Part shown: one piece after another, positions 38,602-49,641 of the stretch
Numbering within the stretch: the stretch's first letter is position 1
Layout of the letters: the number at the start of each line of letters is the position of its first letter
Source of the DNA: Gammaproteobacteria bacterium
GTDB taxonomy: Bacteria; Pseudomonadota; Gammaproteobacteria; Eutrophobiales; Eutrophobiaceae
Assembly: GCA_963422205.2 (NCBI GenBank)
Contig: CAXMWX010000003.1
Coordinates: forward strand, 29,623 to 93,622
Reading direction: 5' to 3'
DNA: 64,000 bases
Program-made: the position numbers and the translations under genes
The notes under the pieces: generated by a model
Told to the model about the DNA's origin: nothing
The model's input: the letters and a program-made list of their open reading frames with translations, nothing else
Databases searched by the model: none

Positions 38602-40017
38602 TTACAGGCTGTAGTACATGGAAAATTCAACCGGGTGTGTCGTCATACGAAAACGGGTCACTTCTTCCATCTTGAGCTCAAGGTAGCCATCTATCATGCT
38701 GTCTGTGAATACGCCACCCGTGGTCAAAAATGCCCTGTCATTGTCCAGCGCCTCCAGTGCCTGATCCAGGGAGTGGCAGACTGTTGGCAGCCCCTGCTCC
38801 TCCTCCGGGGGCAGATCGTATAAATCCTTATCCAGCGGGGCGCCCGGATCCAACTGGTTGACGATGCCATCCAGGCCGGCCATCAGCATGGCGGTAAAAG
38901 CGAAATACGGGTTGCCACAGGAATCCGGGAAACGTACCTCAATGCGGCGTGCCTTTGGATTTGACACCCAGGGAATACGGCAGGAAGCCGAGCGGTTGCG
39001 GGCTGAATAGGCCAGAATTAACGGCGCCTCAAACCCCGGCACCAGACGCTTGTAGCTGTTGGTGCTGGCATTGGTAAAGGCATTGATGGCCCTGGCGTGC
39101 TTAAAAATACCGCCCAGATAATGCAGTGCCGTCTCGGACAGGCCGCCGTATTTATCGCCGCTGAACAGGTTATCGCCATCTTTGGACAGCGACTGATGCA
39201 CGTGCATGCCATTACCATTATCGCCCACCAGCGGCTTGGGCATAAACGTGACGGTCTTGCCGAAGGCATGGCCGACATTGTGCGCGCAATATTTCAGGGT
39301 TAATAATTCATCGGCTTTTCTGGTCAAGGTGGCGAATCGGGTGCCGATCTCTGCCTGGCCGGCGGTGGCGACTTCATGGTGATGCACCTCCACAGTCAGC
39401 CCCATCGCTTCCAGGGCAGTGCAGATAGCCGAGCGCACATTCTGACAGGAATCCACCGGCGGCACCGGGAAATAACCGCCTTTGGGGCCCGGGCGATGGC
39501 CGCTGTTTTTATCTTCCATGATCGTATCGCTGTTCCAGTGTCCCTCTTCGGAGTCCACTTCATAAAAGGCACGGTTGACGCTGTCACTCCAACGTGCCTC
39601 ATCGAAGATAAAAAATTCAGGCTCAGGGCCGAAATAGGCCGCATCGGCGATCCCCGTTGATTGTAAATAGGCTTCTGCGCGTTTTGCCAGAGAGCGGGGA
39701 CAGCGTTCATACCCCTGCATGGTCAACGGATCCAACACATCGCAACGAATATTCACCGTGGCATCGTCATAGAAAGGATCCAGCACGGCGGTTTCTGTGT
39801 CCGGCATCAAGACCATGTCGGATTCATTGATGCCTTTCCAGCCGGCAATGGATGAGCCGTCAAACATTTTGCCATTGTCAAAGAATTCATCATTCAGCAC
39901 CGCCGCCGGCACCGAGACATGTTGTTCCTTGCCTCGGGTATCAACAAAGCGCAAATCAACAAACTTGGCCTCGCACTCCTTGAGTAAACCACGCACCTTA
40001 TCTCTGGACATTATCAT
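38602..40017 (-). CDS. glnA: Glutamine synthetase type I
   Basis: [16 protein letters not shown]..., [11 protein letters not shown], and the adenylylation-site region [11 protein letters not shown]. Confidence 0.97.
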   Translation of the reverse strand: MIMSRDKVRGLLKECEAKFVDLRFVDTRGKEQHVSVPAAVLNDEFFDNGKMFDGSSIAGWKGINESDMVLMPDTETAVLDPFYDDATVNIRCDVLDPLTMQGYERCPRSLAKRAEAYLQSTGIADAAYFGPEPEFFIFDEARWSDSVNRAFYEVDSEEGHWNSDTIMEDKNSGHRPGPKGGYFPVPPVDSCQNVRSAICTALEAMGLTVEVHHHEVATAGQAEIGTRFATLTRKADELLTLKYCAHNVGHAFGKTVTFMPKPLVGDNGNGMHVHQSLSKDGDNLFSGDKYGGLSETALHYLGGIFKHARAINAFTNASTNSYKRLVPGFEAPLILAYSARNRSASCRIPWVSNPKARRIEVRFPDSCGNPYFAFTAMLMAGLDGIVNQLDPGAPLDKDLYDLPPEEEQGLPTVCHSLDQALEALDNDRAFLTTGGVFTDSMIDGYLELKMEEVTRFRMTTHPVEFSMYYSL

Positions 40018-40112
40018 CTCTCCTCAAAACAGATAAATTTTTCACCTACTGGACAGTCAGCCATGCAGCAGAATGCTGCCCGTCAGAGGGGCAGGAGCCG
40101 ACACCGGATGCA

Positions 40113-40128
40113 GGCACATTCCATGCCA
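40113..40128 (-). promoter_or_regulatory. Sigma-54 (-24/-12) promoter candidate for glnA
   Basis: Minus strand TGGCATGGAATGTGCC against consensus TGGCACG-N4-TTGCW, with the GG and GC correctly spaced, about 95 nt upstream of the glnA start. Confidence 0.6.
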
Positions 40129-40190
40129 TCTACCTCATAAGGCTAAACGCCAGCCACACGGACGGTTACTGCCAGCGCAACGGCATGTAA

Positions 40191-40207
40191 TGCACTGAAC
40201 TGGTGCG
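40191..40207. promoter_or_regulatory. NtrC (NRI) binding-site candidate
   Basis: TGCACTGAACTGGTGCG against the E. coli-type TGCACC-N5-GGTGCA palindrome. It is centred about 100 bp upstream of the predicted sigma-54 start. Confidence 0.55.
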
Positions 40208-40248
40208 TCATGGCGGAATATTGCACCCTCATCAGCATGGTAACACAC

Positions 40249-41493
40249 TTAGCAGGGCAGCAGCCTCTCTCCTCTGAGAAGATCGCTAATATCCTCCCGC
40301 TCCCGCACCACAAACATCGCCTCGCCATCAACCAGCACCTCCGCCGCCCGTGGCCGGCTGTTGTAATTTGAACTCATCACAAAGCCATAGGCGCCAGCGG
40401 AGAACACTGCCAGCAAATCGCCCTCGGTCAAGGCCAGCCGTCGTTGCAAGCCGAGAAAGTCCGCACTCTCACACACCGGCCCGACAATATCCCATAGCTG
40501 TTGCTGCCCGTCTGTCTCCTGTATTGGCAGGATTTTCTGCCAGGCCCGGTACAGGCACGGGCGCATTAAATCATTCATCGCTGCATCAACAATGGCGAAG
40601 TTTTTATCCTGATTGGTTTTCAGGTACTCAAGCCGTGTCAGCAGCACGCCGGCATGACCGACAATTGAACGGCCAGGCTCCAGCAACACCTGGTACTGGC
40701 CGGGTATATGCTCGCTGATGAGCTGGCCGAAGTCGGCGATGGCGGGCGGCTGCTCGGCATCGTACCGGATCCCCAAACCACCGCCGATATCAACATGCTC
40801 AAGCGTAATGCCCCTGGCCTGGAGCCTCTCCAGCAATGCCGTAATTTCAGCCATTGCATCTGCATAGGGCCCAAGGCTGGTGATCTGTGAACCGATATGG
40901 CAATCAATACCGCATAGTTTGATATGCGCCATGTCAGCCGCTATCTGATAGGCATTCACGGCATCTTGACATGCAATGCCAAACTTGTTTTCACGCAGAC
41001 CGGTGGCTATATAGGGATGGGTATTTGCATCGACATCAGGATTCACCCGAAGTGATACCGGTGCCTTGAGCGACATCTCGCCAGCGATGGCATTTAACCT
41101 GTGCAGTTCACTGATGGATTCAACATTGAAACATTTAATGCCGACAGTCAGGGCCTGGCGTATTTCTGCGCTGCTTTTACCAACGCCGGAGAAGACGGTT
41201 TTGTCAGCTTGTCCGCCGGCTTTGAGCACCCGCTCCAATTCGCCAGCAGAGACAATATCGAACCCTGATCCCAGCCGGGCCAGCAGATTCAGGATGGCAA
41301 TATTGCTGTTGGCCTTGACGGCATAACAGATAAGATGCTGGCGGGCGGTTAATGCCGTATCATAAGCACGCCATTGTTGCTCAACAGCACATCGAGAATA
41401 GACAAACACCGGGGTGCCAAAACGCTGGGCGACATCGGTCATGGCGACTCCCTCAGCATGCAGCAGGCCGCCGATAAAACGGAAGGTTTGCAT
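40249..41493 (-). CDS. lysA: Diaminopimelate decarboxylase
   Basis: YAVKANSNIAILNLLARLGSGFDIVSAGEL (PLP Lys) and the C-terminal CESADFL motif. Confidence 0.96.
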   Translation of the reverse strand: MQTFRFIGGLLHAEGVAMTDVAQRFGTPVFVYSRCAVEQQWRAYDTALTARQHLICYAVKANSNIAILNLLARLGSGFDIVSAGELERVLKAGGQADKTVFSGVGKSSAEIRQALTVGIKCFNVESISELHRLNAIAGEMSLKAPVSLRVNPDVDANTHPYIATGLRENKFGIACQDAVNAYQIAADMAHIKLCGIDCHIGSQITSLGPYADAMAEITALLERLQARGITLEHVDIGGGLGIRYDAEQPPAIADFGQLISEHIPGQYQVLLEPGRSIVGHAGVLLTRLEYLKTNQDKNFAIVDAAMNDLMRPCLYRAWQKILPIQETDGQQQLWDIVGPVCESADFLGLQRRLALTEGDLLAVFSAGAYGFVMSSNYNSRPRAAEVLVDGEAMFVVREREDISDLLRGERLLPC

Positions 41494-41579
41494 CGTGTTG
41501 TCAGGCGTGTTGAGGTTCAGTGCGGATGTCGGCTTGCCGGATGAATATCCCGGTTATTTTTCGGGCGTATTTGCCCGGA

Positions 41580-41696
41580 TCATTGGCTTACATCAGCATC
41601 ATGTCCTGCATAGCGATCAGGCAAATACAGATCGCCCTTCTGGCCGCAACCCGCCATACCAAGACATAATACAATGCACAGAATACGTTCTCTCAT
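41580..41696 (-). CDS. lptM: Small lipoprotein LptM/YifL
   Basis: Internal ATG gives MRERILCIVLCLGMAGCGQKGDLYLP, the conserved YifL signature, upstream of lysA. Confidence 0.75.
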   Translation of the reverse strand: MRERILCIVLCLGMAGCGQKGDLYLPDRYAGHDADVSQ

Positions 41697-42017
41697 GCGT
41701 ATGCTTAAAATAGCAACAATGTGCTTGCAACCGGTAACAAAGATAGCGATCATCTTCTGCAAGCCCGGGCAGAATGTCAAACAAAAATGCCCCGGATGGG
41801 CTACCTAAAGATGGGCTGATTTTAGGGCTGGCGCAATTTGTCGGCTCGAATAATGCCAACTGCCCGCTTGAAATCCGGGCATGTAAACCCAGTGTGTAGT
41901 ATGTCAGCCCGGCAAACCGGTATAGCTAATCACTTGCAATGCCGATCAAGATGCTATAAAAATAGCAAGGCTTGCCTTGCAGCACATCGCCACCATTAAT
42001 GAGGACATCAAACCACC

Positions 42018-42344
42018 ATGAGCGAGAAAATTATTCATGTATCAGACAGCAGTTTTGAACCAGAGGTATTACATTCTGAGCGGCCGGTGATGGTTGACTA
42101 CTGGGCTGAATGGTGTGGCCCCTGCAAAATGATTGCACCGATCCTTGATGAGCTTGCTGATGAATACGGTGATAAGCTGACGATCGCCAAGATAAACATT
42201 GATGAGAACCCGGCAACGCCACAGAAATATGCCGTGCGCGGCATTCCCACATTAATGATCTTCAAAGGGGGCGAAGTGGCTGACACCAAAGTGGGTGCCA
42301 TGACCAAATCACAGTTAGCCGCTTTTATCGACAGTGCCATTTAA
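42018..42344 (+). CDS. trxA: Thioredoxin 1
   Basis: WAEWCGPCK active site, 108 aa. Confidence 0.97.
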   Translation: MSEKIIHVSDSSFEPEVLHSERPVMVDYWAEWCGPCKMIAPILDELADEYGDKLTIAKINIDENPATPQKYAVRGIPTLMIFKGGEVADTKVGAMTKSQLAAFIDSAI

Positions 42345-42557
42345 AAACTTGAAAATAAAAACTTAAAAAATCCACTGGACGCAGGCGACATGTCGTGCTA
42401 AGTTTGCCGTCAGCCCCTGTCCACAGACACGCATTAAGTTCTTAACAAATCCGATAAAACGTCCAATAAATGTATAGAACACGCTGGACATGTTCCAGCT
42501 TGGTATGGCCATGATTGTGCCGTTCATTCCCTGCAATCCAAACACGGCTTAACGTCT

Positions 42558-43817
42558 ATGAATCTAACAGAACTCAAACAACAACCTGCCTCTGAGTTGG
42601 TCACGCTCTCTGAATCTCTTGGCCTTGATGGTCTGGCGCGTTCCAGAAAACAGGATGTCATTTTTGAAATCCTCAAGGCACACGCTAGAAAAGGGGAAAA
42701 TATCTACGGCGATGGCGTGTTGGAGATTCTGCAGGATGGCTTCGGGTTCTTGCGATCTGCGGACAGTTCATATCTCGCTGGCCCGGATGATATCTATGTC
42801 TCGCCCAGCCAGATCAGACGCTTTAACCTGCACACCGGTGATAATATCTCCGGCAAAATCCGGCCACCAAAGGATGGGGAGCGTTATTTTGCCCTGCTCA
42901 AAGTGAACGAAATCAATTTTGAGCAGCCGGAGAAAGTCAAGAACAAAATCATCTTTGAAAACTTAACGCCGCTGTTTGCACAGGAGCGGCTGAAACTGGA
43001 AGTCGGTAATGGCAGCACGGAGGATTTAACACCGCGCATCATCGATCTGGCGGCCCCTGTCGGCAAGGGGCAGCGCGGCCTGATTGTCTCCCCGCCCAAG
43101 GCCGGCAAGACGATGATCCTGCAATCCGTTGCCCATTCCATTACCCATAATCATCCCGAATGTCATTTAATGGTCTTGCTCATTGACGAGCGACCGGAGG
43201 AAGTGACAGAGATGGAGCGCTCGGTGCGCGGCGAGGTCATATCCAGCACCTTTGATGAGCCGGCATCACGGCATGTGCAGGTTGCCGATATGGTCATTGA
43301 ACGTGCCAAACGCCTGGCCGAGCACAAGACCGATGTGGTCATCCTGCTGGATTCTATCACCCGTCTGGCGCGCGCTTATAACACGGTGGTGCCGGCTTCC
43401 GGCAAGGTATTGACCGGTGGCGTTGATGCCAATGCCCTGCAAAAACCAAAACGCTTTTTCGGGGCGGCAAGAAATATAGAAGAAGGCGGCAGCCTGACGA
43501 TTATCGCCACATCCCTGGTGGATACCGGCTCTCGAATGGATGAGGTGATCTACGAAGAGTTCAAGGGCACGGGCAACATGGAGTTACACCTGGATCGCGA
43601 GATCGCCGAGAAGCGGATCTACCCGGCCATCTATATCAACCGTTCAGGCACCCGCCGTGAGGAGTTTCTGACGGATAAAGATGAGTTGCAGAAGATGTGG
43701 ATATTGCGTAAGTTGTTGCATCCTATGGAGCCAATCGCCGGCATGGAATTTTTACTGGAACGCCTTAAAGCAACCAAGAACAATGCGGATTTTTTTGATG
43801 CGATGAAGAAAGGGTGA
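42558..43817 (+). CDS. rho: Transcription termination factor Rho
   Basis: MNLTELK..., RNP1-like GFGFLR, P-loop PPKAGKT, 419 aa. Confidence 0.98.
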   Translation: MNLTELKQQPASELVTLSESLGLDGLARSRKQDVIFEILKAHARKGENIYGDGVLEILQDGFGFLRSADSSYLAGPDDIYVSPSQIRRFNLHTGDNISGKIRPPKDGERYFALLKVNEINFEQPEKVKNKIIFENLTPLFAQERLKLEVGNGSTEDLTPRIIDLAAPVGKGQRGLIVSPPKAGKTMILQSVAHSITHNHPECHLMVLLIDERPEEVTEMERSVRGEVISSTFDEPASRHVQVADMVIERAKRLAEHKTDVVILLDSITRLARAYNTVVPASGKVLTGGVDANALQKPKRFFGAARNIEEGGSLTIIATSLVDTGSRMDEVIYEEFKGTGNMELHLDREIAEKRIYPAIYINRSGTRREEFLTDKDELQKMWILRKLLHPMEPIAGMEFLLERLKATKNNADFFDAMKKG

Positions 43818-44427
43818 TTCGGCGCCGCTTATGCCCCTCGGTCATGCGATAAAATCGCCGTAATTCACCCAGCATCTCCGCCACCCGGCCGCGACGGATA
43901 AAATGCTGCTGCAACTGCGTACAATACCGTGTTGCCAGATGATTAGCGGTTTCATAGCGCTGTCTCTCTTCAACCGACAAATCCTCAATGTAACGCACTT
44001 GCTCAAATAATAATTCTATAACCTCGCCGAAGCCTGTCGCCTGCTGACGGCTTTGCAATGCCAGAATGCTGATAAACTTGTCTACCTCAGCCTGTAATTC
44101 CAACTCCAGCCGGGTCACGGCACGGTCATAGCTGGCATTCCAGATAACATAGAGGAAATGGCTGACGCCTTCCATCGCCAGACAACAATCCTGTAGATTA
44201 TCCCGATCCAGTTGTTCCAGCGGATTGTTTGCCTGCAAATTCTCAATCACCTGCTGATCCAGATACAGGGAAATGCGTAAACCGGTCGCATCTGCGGCTA
44301 TCAATAATTGCTCACGCGGGCGCTGCCGGCCCTGCATGTTCAGCAACTGGTCGGCATCGCCGCGTTTGGTAATTAAAAAATCATACACATCATGGGTGAT
44401 ATCCAGTGCATAGATATCCTGCAACAA
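43765..44427 (-). CDS. Hypothetical protein (acidic, helical, no recognised family)
   Basis: 220-codon ORF with only a TTG start available (in-frame stop 13 codons upstream). Its 3' end overlaps the rho 3' end by 53 nt, convergently. Confidence 0.55.
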   Translation of the reverse strand: MLQDIYALDITHDVYDFLITKRGDADQLLNMQGRQRPREQLLIAADATGLRISLYLDQQVIENLQANNPLEQLDRDNLQDCCLAMEGVSHFLYVIWNASYDRAVTRLELELQAEVDKFISILALQSRQQATGFGEVIELLFEQVRYIEDLSVEERQRYETANHLATRYCTQLQQHFIRRGRVAEMLGELRRFYRMTEGHKRRRITLSSSHQKNPHCSWLL

Positions 44428-44469
44428 GCCCTGGATTTGTTTAAGTGCGATGCGTCTTTACTCTTTAGT

Positions 44470-45102
44470 TTATTGACAAGTGCGTGATGTTGGTACTGGC
44501 ACAATGCCTAGGGATTTCAGCTTGTCATGCAGGCGGCGGCTGCCCGTGCTCTGCCACATCTCATACAGACGTAACACATCGTTGTTGTTGACGAGATTGC
44601 TGCTCTCACCCACTTCACACAAGATATCGATCAGCGTGAGAAAACGCCTTGCCAACTCGGCAAAGATGGCCTGGCGTGTCGTATTATTCGACCCGGAAGG
44701 GGCCTGTGCCAGATAGCCGTAGGCACTGCCACCCATGGCCGCATAATAATCCACATCCACTAGGCTGCGGCTCAGGCTGGCCGCATACAGGCCGGAAATA
44801 AATAACGCCACATCGCCAAGTTTTTGCAGTAGCTGGTGACGTGTGTTGATACAGTCCGAATTGGCCGCATCGGCATACATCAATGCCAGCGGTGGAATCA
44901 TTTTGCCATCGGCAGTCTCTTCAAACAACTGTTCAGCATGCATGAAAGTGGTCAGCATATTGCTGATATAGCCAAGCGTGGCAGCGGAGATGGGCTGTCG
45001 CTGATTGGTGGCGGCATCCTGTAATTGCTGCTGGAAAAAAACATTGACATCACCCTCGGTGATTAACCTCATCATGGCCTGTTCAGACATGTCGGCTCCC
45101 AA
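44470..45102 (-). CDS. Hypothetical protein (no recognised family)
   Basis: 210-codon ORF co-directional with the ORF above and 42 nt upstream of it. Host-like composition. Confidence 0.6.
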   Translation of the reverse strand: MGADMSEQAMMRLITEGDVNVFFQQQLQDAATNQRQPISAATLGYISNMLTTFMHAEQLFEETADGKMIPPLALMYADAANSDCINTRHQLLQKLGDVALFISGLYAASLSRSLVDVDYYAAMGGSAYGYLAQAPSGSNNTTRQAIFAELARRFLTLIDILCEVGESSNLVNNNDVLRLYEMWQSTGSRRLHDKLKSLGIVPVPTSRTCQ

Positions 45103-45238
45103 CCCTGTGCTTGTTGCATCAATCTACAATGCAATTTAATAAAAACAAAGGCAGCACTCACGCTCAATGGCTGCTAATCACCTGTTGGCAAATCAGCCTT
45201 AATAAATAAACCGAGCTCTCACGGCGTTTTGGATAAGC

Positions 45239-45268
45239 AAAAAAAACCCGCCATCAGGCGGGTTTTTT
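45239..45268. terminator. Bidirectional rho-independent terminator downstream of groEL
   Basis: A8-CCCGCC-atca-GGCGGG-T6: a GC stem flanked by an A-run and a T-run, 23 nt after the groEL stop. Confidence 0.85.
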
Positions 45269-45290
45269 AACAAGCGCATGAAGGCAGTGC

Positions 45291-46955
<1,665 letters not shown>

Positions 46956-47243
46956 TTATTCAATAACGCCCATGATGTCGTCTTCACGCATCACCAGCAG
47001 TTCTTCACCATCGACTTTGACCTCGGTGCCGGAATATTTCCCGAACAGGATCTTATCGCCCGCTTTGACATCCAGCCCCCGAACCTCGCCGTTATCCAGC
47101 AGCTTGCCGTTGCCCACAGCGATGATCTCGCCCTGGATTGGCTTCTCGGTGGCACTGTCGGGGATGACGATGCCGCCTGGCGAGGTTTTCTCCTCCTCCA
47201 GACGCCGCACGATCACCCGATCATGTAAAGGACGTATTTTCAT
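46956..47243 (-). CDS. groS: Co-chaperonin GroES
   Basis: [18 protein letters not shown]..., 95 aa, AGGAGG RBS. Confidence 0.98.
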   Translation of the reverse strand: MKIRPLHDRVIVRRLEEEKTSPGGIVIPDSATEKPIQGEIIAVGNGKLLDNGEVRGLDVKAGDKILFGKYSGTEVKVDGEELLVMREDDIMGVIE

Positions 47244-47297
47244 CTCACAACCTCCTATTAGCTAATTGATTGAATTATAAGGATTTACTGATTTTTG

Positions 47298-47324
47298 TTA
47301 GCACTCTTGTCGAGTGAGTGCTAG
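47298..47324. promoter_or_regulatory. CIRCE element (HrcA operator)
   Basis: TTAGCACTC-N9-GAGTGCTAG matches the consensus TTAGCACTC-N9-GAGTGCTAA at 17 of 18 positions, 55-80 nt upstream of groES. Confidence 0.85.
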
Positions 47325-47325
47325 A

Positions 47326-47353
47326 AATATAGTGATTTTTTTTGTAAAGTCAA
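47326..47353 (-). promoter_or_regulatory. Sigma-70-type promoter candidate for groES-groEL
   Basis: Minus strand TTGACT-16 nt-TATATT immediately upstream of CIRCE. Confidence 0.55.
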
Positions 47354-47493
47354 CCTTGCTGGCAATATAAAACTTCTGAGGCGATATCCGCAGGCCAATA
47401 TCAGCGGAAATTTTGCGGCTTCTATGCTGGCAGATTTGGGCGACAGCGATTATCATACGAGAATAGGCAAAACCTTATTTAAGGAGACAGTGA

Positions 47494-47697
47494 ATGGCGA
47501 TACCTGTTGATCCGGCCGAGCCGGGCAAGAAAACCTCAGATATTGTCGGGCCGATGAGCGATGAGGCGACGGTGAAAATGGAATTACTCGATGCGGCGTG
47601 TTACTGGAACGGTCAGGAATTTCAAAAAGGCGATCAAATTGAGGCGGCTGGCGTTTGCTATGAATGCGGCTTTGGGCACTGGATAAAGGTTGAATAA
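47494..47697 (+). CDS. Small hypothetical protein (67 aa)
   Basis: Strong AAGGAG RBS 7 nt upstream of the ATG. The Cys/aromatic C-terminal motif CYWNGQEF...CYECGFGHW suggests a small folded domain. Confidence 0.55.
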   Translation: MAIPVDPAEPGKKTSDIVGPMSDEATVKMELLDAACYWNGQEFQKGDQIEAAGVCYECGFGHWIKVE

Positions 47698-47729
47698 CAG
47701 AGTTTTCTATCGGCTTCGGTAGCGGGTTT

Positions 47730-48308
47730 TTACGCTCGGTCGTTTTCAGGCTTGGCATGTAAGGTATAACCCGCAGCATCCCGGATAATATCCCCCGTAT
47801 GTAATTGATAACTCCCCTGCTGTCTGTCTGCATAAAAACAATCCAGGGTGTATTTAATGGTCGGAAATGCCAGCTTCCCCCACGGAATATCCTCTTCCCG
47901 ATACAGTACCACGGCATGGCTTTCAGCACCGGGATGCGCCGTCTCGTTCAGCAGGCGGCTGCGAAACATCATATACACCTGGCCGACATGGGGCAGATTG
48001 AATACCGTAAACAGCTGTAATTGATCGACCCGGGCATTCGCCTCCTCCAGGGTTTCACGCACAGCGGCCTGCTCTGTGGTCTCGCCCAGTTCCATAAACC
48101 CGGCGGGCAGTGTCCAGTAATTCTCACGTGGTGCGATCGCCCGTTTGCACAACAGGATGCGATCATCGTACACAGGCAGACAGCCGGCGATAATCTTGGG
48201 ATTTTGGTAGTGAACCCGCTCACAGGCGATACAGACATGGCGCAGACGATTATCATTGGCGGGGATTTTCTGGACAATATCAGCACCACAAGCGCTACAG
48301 TAATTCAT
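47730..48308 (-). CDS. NUDIX hydrolase with an N-terminal zinc ribbon
   Basis: CSACG...CIACE zinc ribbon and the Nudix box GFMELGETTEQAAVRETLEEANA. Confidence 0.88.
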   Translation of the reverse strand: MNYCSACGADIVQKIPANDNRLRHVCIACERVHYQNPKIIAGCLPVYDDRILLCKRAIAPRENYWTLPAGFMELGETTEQAAVRETLEEANARVDQLQLFTVFNLPHVGQVYMMFRSRLLNETAHPGAESHAVVLYREEDIPWGKLAFPTIKYTLDCFYADRQQGSYQLHTGDIIRDAAGYTLHAKPENDRA

Positions 48309-48925
48309 TCCCCCGGCCTTTTCAGCAACGGTTGTATATCATCCCAGACATTATTGAGCATAACGAGCTGTGCTTTAGCGGTTGGGTGCAGCCGGTCTGC
48401 CTGCATCAGATCAGGCCGGGCGATTAGCTCTTCCATGACAAACCGGGTCAACTGTATGGCATGAGAGGCCGCCAGCCTGCTGTAGATTTCCCTGAATCTG
48501 CTGTTATAAACCGCACCGTAATTCGGCGGCAGCTGCATTTGCACCAGCACCACCTCACACCCAGCCGCCTGCAGGGTTTCGATGATATGGCGCAGGTTGG
48601 TCTCTATCTCCAGCAACGATATGCCCCTCAGCCCATCATTACCGCCCAGTGCTATAATCGCGATATCCACCCGGTTGTCAGCAAGAATGCCCGGCAGGCG
48701 CACCGCACCGCCTCGGGTCGTCTCGCCGCTGATACTGGCATTTATAATGGTGTAATTGTACTCTTGCTGTATCAGGCGCTGCCGAAGTTCAGACACCCAG
48801 CTTGCTTCAAGCGGCATACCATAACCGGCACTCAGGCTATCGCCCAGTATCAGCATCACTCGCTGCTCGGCACCCGCCACCGAGCAACCGGCTAACAACA
48901 GTAACCATAAATAACGATATAACAT
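48305..48925 (-). CDS. tesA: SGNH/GDSL arylesterase-thioesterase TesA-like
   Basis: Signal peptide MLYRYLWLLLLAGCSVAGA then ILGDSLSAGYG (GDSL block I) and GGNDGLRG (block III). Divergent from ybbA as in E. coli. Confidence 0.88.
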   Translation of the reverse strand: MLYRYLWLLLLAGCSVAGAEQRVMLILGDSLSAGYGMPLEASWVSELRQRLIQQEYNYTIINASISGETTRGGAVRLPGILADNRVDIAIIALGGNDGLRGISLLEIETNLRHIIETLQAAGCEVVLVQMQLPPNYGAVYNSRFREIYSRLAASHAIQLTRFVMEELIARPDLMQADRLHPTAKAQLVMLNNVWDDIQPLLKRPGE

Positions 48926-49640
48926 GAACCACTCCTCAACGTATATTTTGCAGGCAGAGCAACTGGTTAAGCAAGTCGACAGTCCGGCCGGCCGGCTGAC
49001 CATACTCGATAATGTGAGTCTACAGCTAAAAAAAGGCGACACGCTGGCGATAATCGGCGTCTCCGGCTCCGGTAAATCCACGTTGCTCGGCATCCTGGCG
49101 GGGCTGGATTTGCCCAGTTCAGGCAAAGTCCTCATGCACGACACCGAGCTGGGCTCGCTGAGCGAGGATGGGCGGGCAAGGCTGCGTAATCAACGGGTGG
49201 GCTTTGTGTTTCAGTCGTTTCAACTGCTGGCCAGCATGACCGCCCTGGAAAATGTCATGCTGCCGTTGGAGTTAAGCGGCAGGGAAGATGCCGAAGAGAC
49301 TGCCCGGAGCCAGCTTGCGGAGGTTGGCCTTGGGCATCGGCTGGCACATTACCCCAACCAATTATCCGGCGGCGAGCAACAACGGGTTGCCATCGCCCGG
49401 GCCTTTGCCGGTAAGCCGGAGATACTGTTCGCCGATGAGCCGACCGGCAACCTTGACCAGGACACCGCCGGGCAGATCATTGATTTGTTATTTACGCTCA
49501 ACCGTAACCAGCAGACGACCCTGGTGATGGTCACCCATGACCCGGCCATCGCTGAACACTGCACCAGGACGCTGACCCTGGCGGGCGGGCGGATTGTCTC
49601 TCAATCTCATCCGGCCCACTCCCGCCCGGATGCCGCCTGA
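48924..49640 (+). CDS. ybbA: ABC transporter ATP-binding protein YbbA-like
   Basis: Walker A GVSGSGKSTLL, signature LSGGEQQRVAIARA, Walker B ILFADEPTGNLD. Confidence 0.9.
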   Translation: MNHSSTYILQAEQLVKQVDSPAGRLTILDNVSLQLKKGDTLAIIGVSGSGKSTLLGILAGLDLPSSGKVLMHDTELGSLSEDGRARLRNQRVGFVFQSFQLLASMTALENVMLPLELSGREDAEETARSQLAEVGLGHRLAHYPNQLSGGEQQRVAIARAFAGKPEILFADEPTGNLDQDTAGQIIDLLFTLNRNQQTTLVMVTHDPAIAEHCTRTLTLAGGRIVSQSHPAHSRPDAA

Positions 49641-49641
49641 T

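Noticed and set aside
48926-49144. 73-codon N-terminal extension of the tesA ORF.
   Set aside because: It is antisense to the well-supported ybbA Walker A region. A proper signal peptide starts at the internal ATG (48925).
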